This document shows positions 50,694 through 64,000 of a stretch of 64,000 nt of DNA, piece by piece. The DNA comes from Octopus vulgaris. Lineage: Eukaryota. Below the pieces are notes generated by a model. That model ran no database searches. It saw nothing but the letters and a program-made list of their open reading frames with translations, and was not told the origin of the DNA. The translations under genes were made by a program, and so were the position numbers. Within the stretch, counting starts at the first letter, position 1; each line of letters opens with the position of its first letter. The stretch is taken from the NCBI GenBank assembly GCA_951406725.2, contig OX597814.1, forward strand, positions 35,216,001 to 35,280,000. Reading direction: 5' to 3'.

Positions 50694-53600
50694 GTGTGTG
50701 TATGTGTGTATGTGTGTCTGTATGAGTGAGTGTGTGTATAAAAGAGCCAACGTAACTGGTCCATTCTTGTTACCCATTAATCTGTTTGTCTCAAAGATGC
50801 CATTTCTTCTATGCACTTGATTGGTTACTAGTCCTGATACTAAAAACCGTTTGCTCCATCCAATCATATGGCAAATGTCCAAAGTATCTTGAAAGACCAT
50901 CCTACACATCATGCTAGCAAAGAAAACAGGATGTGTGTGAAATTGTTCAAATAGAAAACTATCATTAGTTCTTGTTCATTTTGTTTTCCTCTACAATCAA
51001 TGCTCAGTATTGCATTGACAGAACATAGAATTTTTATTAGATATCATTTATTTACTTTTTCCATTTCTTTTTTAAATTTTACCTTTCGAACTGTCTGCCA
51101 TTTTCTCCAAGTAAAGATCTTAACAATTAAATGTTGGAATTGGAAAACATTGAATGTGACAATGTCTTACTGTATAAAATGTAATTTAGAAATCCCCTAT
51201 TTCCAGTACCTCATTGTTAAAACACAATATATGAGAGAGAAAAAGAAAAAATATAAAAGAGATAGGAAAAGTTGAAATATATAGACAAACAAGAAGAAAA
51301 TAAATGAAAAGAGAAAAATAAAAGGTTTCTAAATAATTGCACTGTAAACTTCAAAACTCTTACGTGCTAAGTTCAAGTATTGTCAGAAATATTTACGAAT
51401 ATTTCTGTCTTCAGAAGCACCATTAACTCTGATTTCTCTCCAAGAACATTTCAGAGAAAAAAGAACACAGTATTACTATTAAATACACCTGAAACGTTTC
51501 TGGAAACATCAATGACACAATTCAGTGGAATCACAGTAGTTGAGTGGTTAAGGTACTTGAATGTTTGCTAAATTTTCGTAGCCGATATTCATGTTATTGT
51601 TGGCATCTGGTGAACTTCCTGAAAAGAAATTTTGTAAAATGGTATATTTGAACGTTAAACGAATATCTTAAATAGCTTTTACCCTGGACATTCTATTCAT
51701 CAGTAGTCCCAAAACCTTATAAATAGTCCGTCGTATAATATATGGTACAATAATACATTGTGTGGATATCAAAATATATTGATCTCCAATTTATCAATAT
51801 ATTCAAATGCAGAAGTAATATATGTACAGACAGAGTGTCATCGATCAGTGTACGACAGAATATAGCGGGGATCTTGAAAAACACACTTGGTTTTGACCAC
51901 TACTGTACACTATATACGCTTAAACTAGACCTCTGGAAACACATAGGCAAATAGGGAAAATAATAACTGTAAGGTAATTGTGTAGTCGATGTTTGATATC
52001 TGCTTGTTGCACCAGACCGACATTTAAAAACTGATTTTAATAGGTAATTGGTCGATAATCGTGTTCTATGTTCGTTTCAATATGTTTTTAGTATGGATTG
52101 AGTGTATATAATTATGCTTGCATCTAAATATATGTACATGTAGGTAAGTGTGTATGTATGCATAAGTGCATGTTTATGTGCATACTGATAAAAATGTATT
52201 TATGTAGAGAAGTTAATACTGAAGAAAGATTCCTTAATAATTATTTGCAACTTTGAAGCTGAATATTAGTGTTAGTCTAAATATGCCTTTATGAATCATA
52301 TCATATACGATATTGTATAATTGTATTACGTATACCTGATCCTATTCCAAATTGCAGAGGTCCATATCTTATCTTCAGTTTGAGACGATAAGGGATATAT
52401 TTCCCTCTTATTAGGACACAAGAATATCCGGCAAAACGTTGAACTATTACAGAAAACTAATGAAATAATCTTCAATTCCACACTACTTCGCTGTTTAGAG
52501 AATTGAAGGCACAAATCATGTATTTGATGTCATGCTCTCCCTTGGTGTTCATCAATTTAATTTCTGACTTAACCCACCATGGGTAGCGTTTCCTTCATGT
52601 ACTGTAATCAATTCAGAAACTCCTTTCATATTGAAAATGTGATACTGTTAAAGAAATCCATATTCATCCATTCTAGTGTAAACAGCGTTCGAATTTCTAA
52701 ATGCGCTTAGAATTGAGGTGAAAATATGTAAAGAGAATATTAAAATTATGCTAAGATTTTTGGTGTTAAAATTTCTATTTGAATAACGTAACATGTTAAT
52801 TCTGTTGTTGCTCTTATTCTATATTTATAATATTCACGATGTAGTTGATAGGAACCATATTGCAATAGCAACTTTAAAGGCGTGTCTCAAAAGAAATAAT
52901 CTATAAATAGATAAGGATATTAAATCAAAATTTTAAAATTTTCCCCAATTTCTTTCAATTGATTTCGCGATGAGTATCAATGTATTTGAGATTGCGTAAG
53001 ATTATCGAAGAAAAGAAGGCTGAGTGTAATCCTAGGTAGATACGCCAAATGATGTAAAGACTCAATGAGGTGATTCTTTATTCCAGATCCGGTTTTCTGC
53101 AAATAGAATATGTTGCATGTGATCGTAGGTGTGGGCGTGCATATTCGTGTACACATAGGTATATATGGAAATATATATACATATACACATACATACATAT
53201 GTGTGTGTGTGTGTGTGTGTGTGCGTATTTATATAATCATACATATAAGACAAAATCGGAAGATAGTCTATAGTAACCTTTCATAAATATATGGACATTC
53301 AGAGATTTCATAAGCTGTAATCATTGCCAAGTAAGTAGAAAGAAGAAAATTCAAAGTTGCTCTTTACAGCTGTTTCAAGGATTCGGTGGCACATACATGA
53401 AATAATGTTGATTATTCATATATATATGGCCACTCGGTGCCTTTTAACATTCGGCGTCGTGTTGGGGACTTTTACCAGCAAATAGCCGCTTAAACAAATT
53501 ACATGTATCATATTTCTAGGACTGATTATGTTTACATTACTAGATTTGCTTTTGATTCGTAAAATAAATTTTCTCCACGTGTGCTACGCCGTAGTACATC

Positions 53601-53916
53601 AGCAAATAAACTTCAGTCTATTTGCATGTTAATCTCCAACCGGCGAATTTTTTGTTTCGAAATGATCCGAGTACATGATGTTGATACAACACAAAAATAG
53701 CGAGATATCAGTTTTTACTGATCTCGATCGCATCGGGGATAACTGTCTCGCCTGGTCTGCGACCTTTAGTATTCTTTAACATTAGGTATCGTGCTGGGAG
53801 TTATTCCCAGACTTTATACTGCAGCAAATAGATGCAAATCTAAAACACATCCACTCATACACTGTGTATGTGCGACTAATAAAAATTACATTGCTAGAGC
53901 TACTTAATTCGTTAAT

Positions 53917-53947
<31 letters not shown>

Positions 53948-54056
53948 GAGAGAGAGATTTAAGTACACATTCACACAGATATGTATGTATATATGTACGC
54001 ACGTATGTATGTATTATAAAGACAGACAGTTATATAGATCGATTCCGATCGGGTTT

Positions 54057-54120
<64 letters not shown>

Positions 54121-54189
54121 CTATATCATAGCAATATAAAATTCTGAGTAGAGGTATTTTGCGTTAGAACATGGCCAGTAGTTGCATAG

Positions 54190-54780
54190 ATACCCTTATG
54201 AGCTCACATTTTTACAAGTTCTTCTTACTGCTAAGGCTTTCCCATGTCTTCCCATTGACTTTGAGGTCTTTCAAGTGATCCCTTCTGATCACTTAGACAC
54301 CACTCGTTAAAAGCACAGGTTCACCTGTTTCCCGCGTTATTTGTGAGTCGTGCGATACATCCCTCCATCCCAGTGGAACTTCTGCTTACCGCTATGACAT
54401 TGTTTACTCCATCCATATTTTATATGCTCCTGCTATGATATTTCAAGGCTCTCTCTTTCCATAACCCTCGGTGTGGTAACCACTCGCTATCCCTCCATCT
54501 TTGTTGTGACGCATTTCACATCTCAGAAATGAACATTTTGGACCTTGGTGCATGATAAAAGTAAATTCCAGGATACGAGTTTTCATGCCAGTTTTTCACA
54601 CAAGATGAAACATATGCTACCGTTTGCTCTCGCTACCTCTGCCTTTACTTGTCTCAAGATATTTCCGTCCTTCGAAATTGCTGCTAATTCTTTCCTTCGA
54701 CGTATTTTACAGTCCTTACTCCTCATATCAAGTTCTTTTCCTTTCCTCCAATAAATGGGTTATACTCGTTTTCTTCTTTT
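54190..54780 (-). mobile_element. Decayed RTE-like LINE fragment
   Basis: Degenerate minus-strand RT C-terminal-like translation and composition; motifs are only partly recognisable. Confidence 0.4.
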
Positions 54781-55584
54781 GTTAGAGACCTACTCATGTA
54801 GATGTATATAACACTTTATTATCCGACTGCTTGACTGCTTACAGGTACCTGAGATTCTTAATATCACGTCGCTGGGATATCGGTCGACCAGAAAGACGAC
54901 CCGCAGGAGACTGAGGATTGTCTTTTCGTCTATTCGCATTGCTTTAGCTTTTATAAAAAAAACTATATGTACAGGCTGACGGTACAGCTTTAGTTACGTC
55001 TTCAGTTTTGCCAGTTTTCATTCACTAGTGAACTCTGATGCTACGAGAAGACTAACTCGCTTTTACGAGACTGTCTCCCCGTAAAATCGCCAATTCAGGA
55101 CTTCTGCAGCCTGGTTGAACCTGACTGAACTGGTATCTCGCCACCATAGCTACAGCACAGACACTGTAAGTCACTGTTGCTCCGCTGTGTGTCACTGAAG
55201 TGAGATTTTGAAACACGCTTATACATATCTACATTTACGTACTTAGATATGCGCTATCGATCGGATTCACTATGTCTATTGTAGGTGTTTGTGTGTGAGT
55301 ATGTGTGTATGCGTGTGTGTGTATAGATTTGTGCCTGTGCGAATGCGTATCGGCGTGGGTGAGTGCTGAAGTCAATCGATATCGCTGAAGCTATGATTTT
55401 CAGACATTTTCTGTACGCTCATTTTATGTCGAATTATTTTCTCGTTGAACGAAGATCGTCAACGAGAAACTCAAACTAACGAATTGTGAAATTCCAGCCT
55501 TCAATAATTTATATCACTCTACTTTTATTATTAAGAACACCATGTTATTTTTTCTTGTTTACGCTATGTGTGCATGCGCTTGTA

Positions 55585-55782
55585 AATGTATGTATGTAAG
55601 TGTATGAGTACACATACATCATATATATATATGTATATAAATGCATATATACATATACATATATATATATATATAAATATATATAAATATGTATGTGCAT
55701 ACATATATATATATGTATACACACATGTATATATATATATATATAACTATATATATATATATATATATGTATGTATATACAC

Positions 55783-55822
<40 letters not shown>

Positions 55823-55844
55823 TATATATGTATGTATATATATA

Positions 55845-55895
<51 letters not shown>

Positions 55896-56183
55896 CGTGT
55901 GTCTGAGTGTGTGTGTGCGTGTGTGTTTTTAGACCCATCATCTTGATGTTTTTCAATATCGGAAAATATTGAAACATTTATATTTTCCACCATTTTTTTT
56001 TTTTTTTTTGTCAGTTGAACTTCTAAAAAGCCGAGTAAAAAGTAAGAGACGAAAATAAAGTGAATTACTGAAAGAAGCTGTTAAGTTATAAATTAAAGTT
56101 TAAGATTCCTCTGAAGTCATATACTATATCTGATTCATTGAAATGATGATGCAACCTGGTTTCATATATTCAACTAGTAGTTC

Positions 56184-56222
<39 letters not shown>

Positions 56223-57000
56223 CCCATCTATCTATCTATCTATCTTTCTACACACACACATACATACATACTCATATACACACACACACATATCCGCACA
56301 TATCCTGTCTGTCTATTTCTCTCTCCGTCACATTGACACACTCTCTCTCTCTTTCTCTTTCACTCTGTGTGCGTGCGCGCAAATGGTTATATATAATGAT
56401 AGTTTCATACATACATATACATATATAATGAATATGTATCTACTTAAAAATAACACACGCACATGCATATATACGCACACACACACATATAAATAAGTAG
56501 ATATTTATATACATATAATGAAGGTGTGCGTGTGCGTGTATCTATGTATCTATCTATATATCTATATATATACACACACGCACATACATGTAGACACATA
56601 TCTATAAACACATATATACATGCACATGTATATATACATATATATAAGCATATATATACATACATATATATATATATATATTCACACATATACATATATA
56701 TGTGCATTTATATATATATATGCATGCATATGCTTATCTGCCTATATAAATGTATGTATAAGCCTGTACGTTTATACAGGCACAAATGTGTGTGTGTGTG
56801 TATACACACACACATACATATATATACACACACATACACACAATACATTAGTGAAAATATATATTATATAAAGATATATATATATATATATCTAAGCGTA
56901 TATAATTATGTCTATGTGTGTATACATATATATATATATATACAATATACATATATATTCATATAAAAACGCTTATATACATATATGTGTGTGAGTGTTT
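55585..57000. repeat. Large compound (TA)/(CA)/(CT)n low-complexity region
   Basis: Direct reading. Confidence 0.9.
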
Positions 57001-58390
57001 ATGTGTACGTTTTGCGTGTATATAATACAACCATTGAAAGCAAGTACTACCAAAAGAGTGAGACCTGTTTATATTTTCATTTATTATTTTTCTTTCTTTT
57101 TAACATTCTAAACTAAAAAGCCTCATGCAATAGATGAAAGGACTGTAAAAATGGCATTATAGATATCTTCTATTAGATTTGAAAATATCAATATATGAAT
57201 TTGTTTGCTTTGAAAGGTCTCCATTAGTCTTTATTTCATTTTCTACTTCTTCGTTTGATTCCTCACCTTCTACTTCCATTTCTGATGCCTATTCCATTTC
57301 ACCTCCCCCCCCTCCACTTCTTTATCCTCCTATTACTAACTTCTTTTACTCCTCTTCCTTTCTTTTTTTTTTTTTTGTATATTATATTCATTCAATTATT
57401 GCGTCTGCTTTCTTCGATATTTCACCTGCTCTACGTGTAACCCATTCTACTTACATCTGAATTTGTTTAGGAAAGAAGGAAAGTGAGAAAAAAGTTTTTT
57501 TAAATAATCGTAAAGATATTTTAAAGTTGTATACACATAAACATATATATATATATATATGCTTCCAATCGGGTATACACACACACATACACATGCACAT
57601 GTCTGACTACATATGTATTTATATACATACATTTTTGCACATTTTCAAGTACAGACATCTGTATTCATGGATGCATATACATATATATATATATATATAT
57701 ATATGCCTGTATATGTATGTGTTTTTATGTATGTATCAATTATTACTCTGTTAGTACGTTTTTAAATATTTTCCTGTGGGTGGATTGTGAAAAAGAGGTT
57801 TTTCTCCTTTTATCAAGTATCAAAGTATATATGACAAATTGCCTGTATCTAACTCTTTGATTTTGAAAGTCAATATCAGGAAATATTATTTGTTTTTTGA
57901 TGGTATAAATGTTAAAAATCTCTTATATGTAATGTTGTTATTTGTTGCTACGATTCTGGCTGATGCTGTTTTAGTTTTTAGTTCAAACATCTTTATGGAA
58001 CAGAAATTGTTCGGAATATAGCAGTGTGAAAAACTTGAGTTACTGTTGAGATTTTGTGCTTGTTATTTTCGTGTTGAAAATAGTGTCATGTAGTGAATTG
58101 TATTGTAATGAAGTGTAATGTGGTACAATGTACTGAATTAATTGATGGTTACTGATTGGTTGAACCAGTTGACACGTCATTTCCATAATCATAATAGAAA
58201 ATTATGTTTCTGAGGTCGAAGTACAGTCTACGGTTGAGAGTAAGCAGATGCCATTGTCAGAAACAGGAGAAAGCCAAATCCAGTGTCCTTGGTAACATGA
58301 CAGCTCTATTATTATCATTGATATTGACTCGGTAGCAGTTGTCCTTGTTGTTAGTGATGGTGATGAATGATAAATACTAACGCATACATC

Positions 58391-59921
58391 TACTCTGAAC
58401 CGCTAAAGAAGAGTGAGATGCGTGTGACTGTGAAATGTGTTTGAATTTCATTATGTGAGAAATGTATTTTGATAAATCTGTTAAAGTCAATTTCTTGGAT
58501 GCACTCTGACCACAGTCTATGGGTCGTTGCCATGTGTTCTGGTAGCACATCGAGATTGTAGGGCGTGACATGTTCAATACCATGTATGCTACCCCCACCC
58601 CCGGGTGTTCAAAACGGCCACACACCATCAATACATGGAATGTATGAGTCGGTTCACAAAAGCCATTGGCACCTGTGCCCACACCCTGAGAAAAGCTGCC
58701 TTCAGTTTTACATTAGTTGTCACCCTTGGAACCATCTGGTTCAGCTGTCACCTTCATCCTACGGTACGTTGTGAGTTCTTAAGACTTCCTCAACGTAGCG
58801 CTGCGCTGTGATGCCATTCCTTCTGCCTGCACCAGTTTGGAAGACATGGGCCCCAATTCTCTGAACATTTGGGACACATGGGCTTCAATTCTCTGATGCA
58901 GGTTCAAATCCGGACTGAGAGCCGGCCACTGCATGGTTCTGCTGTTGTGCTGAGGCAGAAAGTTCATGGCTATGGTGAAGAGCACGTTGTGAGATCTTAG
59001 GATCTCGCCAACGTAGCGCTGCGCTGTGATGCCATTTGGTCTGCCTGCATCAACATTTTGGAACACATGACCCTCAATTCTCTGATCCAGGCTTACAGTA
59101 CCCCAAACCATGATGCTTTGTCCATTCCACATGTCTCTCTCCATGACACATGCGTCTCTGTAGAGTGCTGTGTAGCTCACTGTAGTCGTGCCTGACGGTG
59201 GCAGGTAGTGAGGACAGGCACTCGAGCAGGACGACAGCAACGCAGGTTGTTGGCGCCCAGACGAAGTCGTACCGTATCGTCGCTGATGGGTCGCTATCCA
59301 GTGACAGTGGTCTCGCGAGCTGTCACCTTGGCCAATCTGAAGAAACCACGGAGTTGTTGCAGGTAGAGGAAGCTGTCCTGCCTAGGCGTGGTTCCTCGCC
59401 AGAGGGACTACTCATTTTTCAAATGATAAATTTTGGGTGCAAACACCCAGCGAAAACAATGATAATTTCCCCCTTCACACAAAGGAGAAAAAGTTAAAAC
59501 ATCTGTCAAACGCAGTAAAACAATTTTTTTATTATAAAAACACACAACAGATGAAACAACGGCAAATTCAAACACTTAAATTAACGATAACTAGCAACGT
59601 ATAATACGTCAACACAGCGGAAAAATTACAAATGCAAGGAACGCGGTTCAAGTTGATTTTTATACCCATAACCTCCACGTGATGCACGTGCCTTTCAGTT
59701 TTCATGACCAGTTATTGGCGACTGCTACCTACGGCATTCAGCGCAGCTGCACTTTGGCTTCACGCTTCAGGGAAAGTTGAAAGGTTACTTGCAATTTGGG
59801 TCTCAGACATAAACCAGCATGTCTTGGGATATTTACACTTACATTCCCGAAATAAATTTTCAGAATTTACTATATAAAAATGACATTTGAAAAAATCGTG
59901 TTTCTTTTGCGGTTAAGAGTA
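58391..59921 (-). mobile_element. Tc1-family DNA transposon with TIRs and a defective transposase
   Basis: Inverted ends ATCTACTCTGAACCGCTAAAGAA (58388-58410) / TTCTTTTGCGGTTAAGAGTAGAT (59902-59924), 21/23 match, with TA at the probable ends. Protein motifs TTPRQD, IS..TVRLRL, RP..PVLT..HRQARL, SIMVWG, TAQRY..EIL, WPALSPDLN, LIHSM..C.AV. Confidence 0.88.
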
Positions 59922-60049
59922 GATACACACACACATACACATACACATACACACTCATACACACACACACACACACACACATTGATAAACATTAACGCAT
60001 ATATATCCATCTGAAGTATCCAGATAATAAAAAAGGAAAGAAATTGTGA

Positions 60050-61300
60050 TACTGGAAAGCTTCAGTGTTCACAATGTTGGTAACTTTTTTCAAGATATTC
60101 CCTATACATGCATCACATTGTGAAGTTTTGGGCAGAGCTACGTACAGTTAGTCATATGCATTGAAGAAGAATTGAGCAACGTCATTCAACGATTCACAAT
60201 GAGATTTATTGACAGTCATTGCAAGAACCATTTGAACTGGAGACTGTGACAACGTAAAGGTGAATGGTAGAGTGGCATCTCAATTTTAATTCCTGACAAA
60301 TGACATGTTTTCTATAATGTTCACCTTCTCTAACAATATCACCTTCAATTATACGTTTATAGAAATGGGTTGATAGAATTGAAGTGTTGTTCCATTCACG
60401 AATTCACTTGCCTTATTTATATTTCAAGTTGAAAGTAATGAGTGAGATACTCCATTAAAACAAAGCTGTTTAAGGAGCCACTGGATAATTGTACAGATTG
60501 TCTTTATCAACGCGCAACTATCAATGATTCTGTAACAGTCTTTCTTCATTAAATATAATTATTTTCACATTTGCGGAATCAAGCACGTCATCAAAGTTTT
60601 TGTAGTACCTAGGACCCTTAATAAAGGAACATGAAATCACTCTCTGTCTTACTATAAAGCCTTTCAAATTGTCATTTTGAATTTTAGCTGTTCTTAGTTT
60701 CCTCTTATTACCTCGGAACAACTAGCAGTGGGCATTCTTCATCTTTATAGAAGCTATGGACAATGTTCTCCTGTAATAATTACCATCCTAAATGAAACAT
60801 TGCTTCAATGCCTCACACCTAAACTTCCCTGTCCATCATTTTAAAATGTTTGTTGTTATTATTAACTCCCAGGAATGTCATTTGCAGTCTTTAGTTCTTC
60901 TTGTGATCGACAGAACAAAGGGCGGCGTATCTTGATTCAGTTTACTAATTTCCTGCAATATTTCTTTTTTTTTTTTCAGGAATGAGAGTTACTATTACGG
61001 AAATAGCTTAAATATAGTTTTTCGTAGAACATGAACCAATAACCAAAATGAAATGTTGCGACTACCACTTTGAAATCGTTCAAATATGGATTAATGTACA
61101 TTCGATGATGATGATCATCTCTAATGTTGGTATCTCAGATGTAAACGAAGACCAAGTGCATTGTGTGATCAGAGGCAGGCAATACACTAGCTCACAGGTA
61201 TTACACAACACCTTGAAATATTCACATGCCATTTTCATTTCTACATCATTCACTTTCTCTTCTATTTTCATGTAGGATTTTGCTTATTCCTTTCTTGCAG
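60050..61300 (-). mobile_element. Decayed Helitron helicase C-terminal region
   Basis: Minus-strand translation retains LPFTF..QSPVQMVLAMTVNKSHCESL...LYVAL (compare LPF.F.R.QFPV.LAFAMTINKSQGQ..LYVA.SR), plus NGT.L and LNS motifs. Many stops and frameshifts. Confidence 0.75.
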
Positions 61301-62658
61301 TTGTGTTCTCTCTAATGGCCCTTCTTTTTTTATAATGTATATGTATAGAAAAGTAAAAGATATTTGGACAGGGACTACAATGTATAATAATGGTTAATTA
61401 TATCAGGTAACAATGTATTGTCGGTTAAACAATATTCGTCTACCCTATCTGTTCAATACGAGTAGCTGCAGAGTAATAAAATGTAGTTCTCAGTGATAGA
61501 GACAAAGAGAGAGGAAAATAGCACTTACCTAACATGAAATTATTTTCAGTGATAAGAAAATCGATGTGCAAAAAGAGAAAAAGGGTGGGGCGGCAGGATA
61601 AATGACTTTTAGTGATAATAGAATAATTTACACTGTATATGATCATGATATTTCTACTAGTGACATACCTCCTATGTAACAGACAACGAGTGCAGAAATA
61701 GGAAATAAAGCGAAATAGGAAAGAAAGTAAATAACTCAATTTTTAGGAAACATCTCATCCCCAACACTACGCTTCATTGCGAAAATATATCCCTCCTCTT
61801 CCCCGTCTGAGGTAGTGAAGGAAAATCACAAACTATTAACTGTCTGTGATTGCTGTTTATTTCAAGGTAGTGTCGCGTTCTACTCTGGTTCTTGGGGTTG
61901 ATTAGTTTATACTGCTGCTACTGGCGCTGTTCCTGTTGATATTGTGTTGTTGTTGCTGGTGTCTCTATTATTGTTGACTTTCGAAAGATGGGATATTGGC
62001 GAAAACCACAACAGTTAACATAAATACCTTAAAACTGATCTACTGAGGAAAGGTAAAATACGTCGTACCACCCCCAACATTAAAAATGTTTACACCGCCT
62101 TTGAGCATCCAAGTTTCAAGATGAGCAGTGAGACACAGACTGTTAGAAGGCTAGCAAAATAAGTAAGGAGGAAGCTATAACTTCTCACTTGGATTTGAAA
62201 TACACTGTTCATATTTATTGTTGTCTGATTGTCGTACCTCACCAGATGAGAGTGTTTACTCTTTCATTTTATACCTCCATCTATTCTGAGAGTCAATAAT
62301 TTGAGGTTAAGTTGTAGATATTCACAATCGAACGTAAAGCCTCGCATTTTCTCTAGAACTAATCACAGCAACAGTTTTTGTCTTCTTTCTTGTCGACGAA
62401 GATCAACTGAGGAATCGTTTTCAGAGGATGGCGGGGTTTTTTTTTGTTTCATATAATCTCTACAGGCACAGAAATATAAGCAGGGCCTGTTCCATTCTGG
62501 ACCAACACGTTCAGTGTACAAGCACTGTTGCTGGTTTGTAGAAGAAAGCCAAATACTTGATGTTGCATGTAGAGCAGTACAGGCTAACTGCCTAGTCCTT
62601 CATGATACTTGTTTTGCGGGGTGGGCACACAAACATATACACACAAACATATACACAC

Positions 62659-62737
<79 letters not shown>

Positions 62738-63082
62738 TATACAGCGAAGCTTTACAATAGCGTCGTATATTATCGACTGCTACTTCCAGTAAATATTGGT
62801 ACATTGTTGTGCCACTATCTTATATATATATGTGTGTGTGTATGTGTGTGAGTGGGTGTGTAATTAATTCGTGGGAATCATATCCTCATAAGGTATTCGT
62901 ATTCCACTGGTTCAATCCGTATCATAGAATACGAAATTCATTGGTATATGTTAAGCATTATTGAAATTATTATCAATATTGAGGGAAAACAAAATGATAA
63001 GAAGAGAATAAACGTATGTAATTACTAATTTATTTGTATGTTACAAAAACGTAACATTAAAAACACACACACACACACATAC

Positions 63083-63117
<35 letters not shown>

Positions 63118-63179
63118 TGTATGTATGTATGTATGTATGTATGTATGTATGTATGTATCTATCTATCTATCTATCTATC

Positions 63180-63210
<31 letters not shown>

Positions 63211-63219
63211 ATGTGTGTA

Positions 63220-63433
63220 TATGTTTGTGTGTCTGTGTTTGCCCCCCCCCAAGATCGCTTGACAACCGATGCTGGTGTATTTACCTCCCCTTAACTTAGC
63301 AGTTCGGCAAAAGAGACCGATAGAATAAATACTAGGCTTACAAAGAATAAGTCCTGGGGTCGATTTGCTCGACTAAAAGGCGGTGCTCCAGCATGGCCAC
63401 AGTCATAAAAGAAACAAATAAAAGAGTAAAGAG
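63220..63433 (+). mobile_element. SINE family A, 3' half
   Basis: CGCTTGACAACCGATGCTGGTG...GGCGGTGCTCCAGCATGGCC..AAAAGAGTAAA. Confidence 0.88.
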
Positions 63434-63523
63434 TTGAATAAAAAGACTATATATGTGACCGCGTGTGTACCGTTGGCGATTTTTTCCTCCGTCTTCCCTT
63501 CTCTGGATCTTTCCTTTTCCTAT

Positions 63524-63558
63524 GTTTCTGACGAAGAGCTCCGCTCGAAACGTTAAAC
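63524..63558 (+). ncRNA. Minimal type-I hammerhead ribozyme in a ~205-bp (TA)-flanked repeat (63448-63652)
   Basis: GTTT-CTGACGA-A-GAGC-tcc-GCTC-GAAAC-GTT-AAAC: intact core, perfect stem II, palindromic AACGTT at stem III. Confidence 0.8.
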
Positions 63559-63676
63559 CCTCCTTCTTTCCTGAGCGTCCAATAACACTATACTTGTTCC
63601 CCGTCCTCGCGTTGTTGTGTTTCCTCTTTGTGTTTTCATGTTTGGATTAACTATATATATATATATATATATGCAT

Positions 63677-63777
<101 letters not shown>

Positions 63778-64000
63778 TATACATATATATATAAGGGTGG
63801 CTTATTCGCAATTTTTCAACCGAAAGGCAGAAATATATACGTCACTAAAGTGACCAAGGGCACCAGTCAACGCCGGCATTGCTAGAAATAAGAGTTAAAA
63901 CAACTCATAGCCACCAGTCAGATATTATTTATGTTAATGACTGACAGTTATTACGATAAGTGCTTTGTCGTGGCTAGTTGTTTTCACTCTTATTTCTAGC

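Noticed and set aside
63785-63890. Possible non-autonomous Helitron end (..CAACGCCGGCATTGCTAG)
   Set aside because: The subterminal hairpin is poor and no 5' TC end is identifiable.

Overview
AT-rich, microsatellite-dense eukaryotic DNA. The SINE repertoire and (TA/CA/TATG)n content resemble a coleoid cephalopod (Octopus-like) intergenic or intronic region; this is inferred from pattern recognition, not a search. No host protein-coding gene could be firmly supported, and nearly all short ORFs in the track are microsatellite or repeat artefacts. The window is a layered set of mobile elements: a near-intact, 5'-truncated R4/Dong-clade RLE non-LTR retrotransposon inside a (TAA)n tract (16191-19245) with one in-frame TGA; fragments of a second RLE family, one sitting in (TATG)n; a decayed Penelope-like element (RT + GIY-YIG) with an inverted 5' part; two Tc1 transposons; two Helitron helicase remnants; a Ty3/Gypsy pol remnant; RTE LINE pieces; and four tRNA-derived SINE families. 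The most interesting signal is a set of type-I hammerhead ribozyme (HHR) motifs in several unrelated, non-coding repeats associated with (TA)n. The best case is a young 644-bp unit in tandem plus inverted arrangement (44312-45870) whose HHR has an unusual ~80-nt stem II. It is a candidate retrozyme or Penelope-pLTR-like self-cleaving, possibly circular-RNA-producing element. All calls were made by eye and boundaries of decayed elements are approximate.
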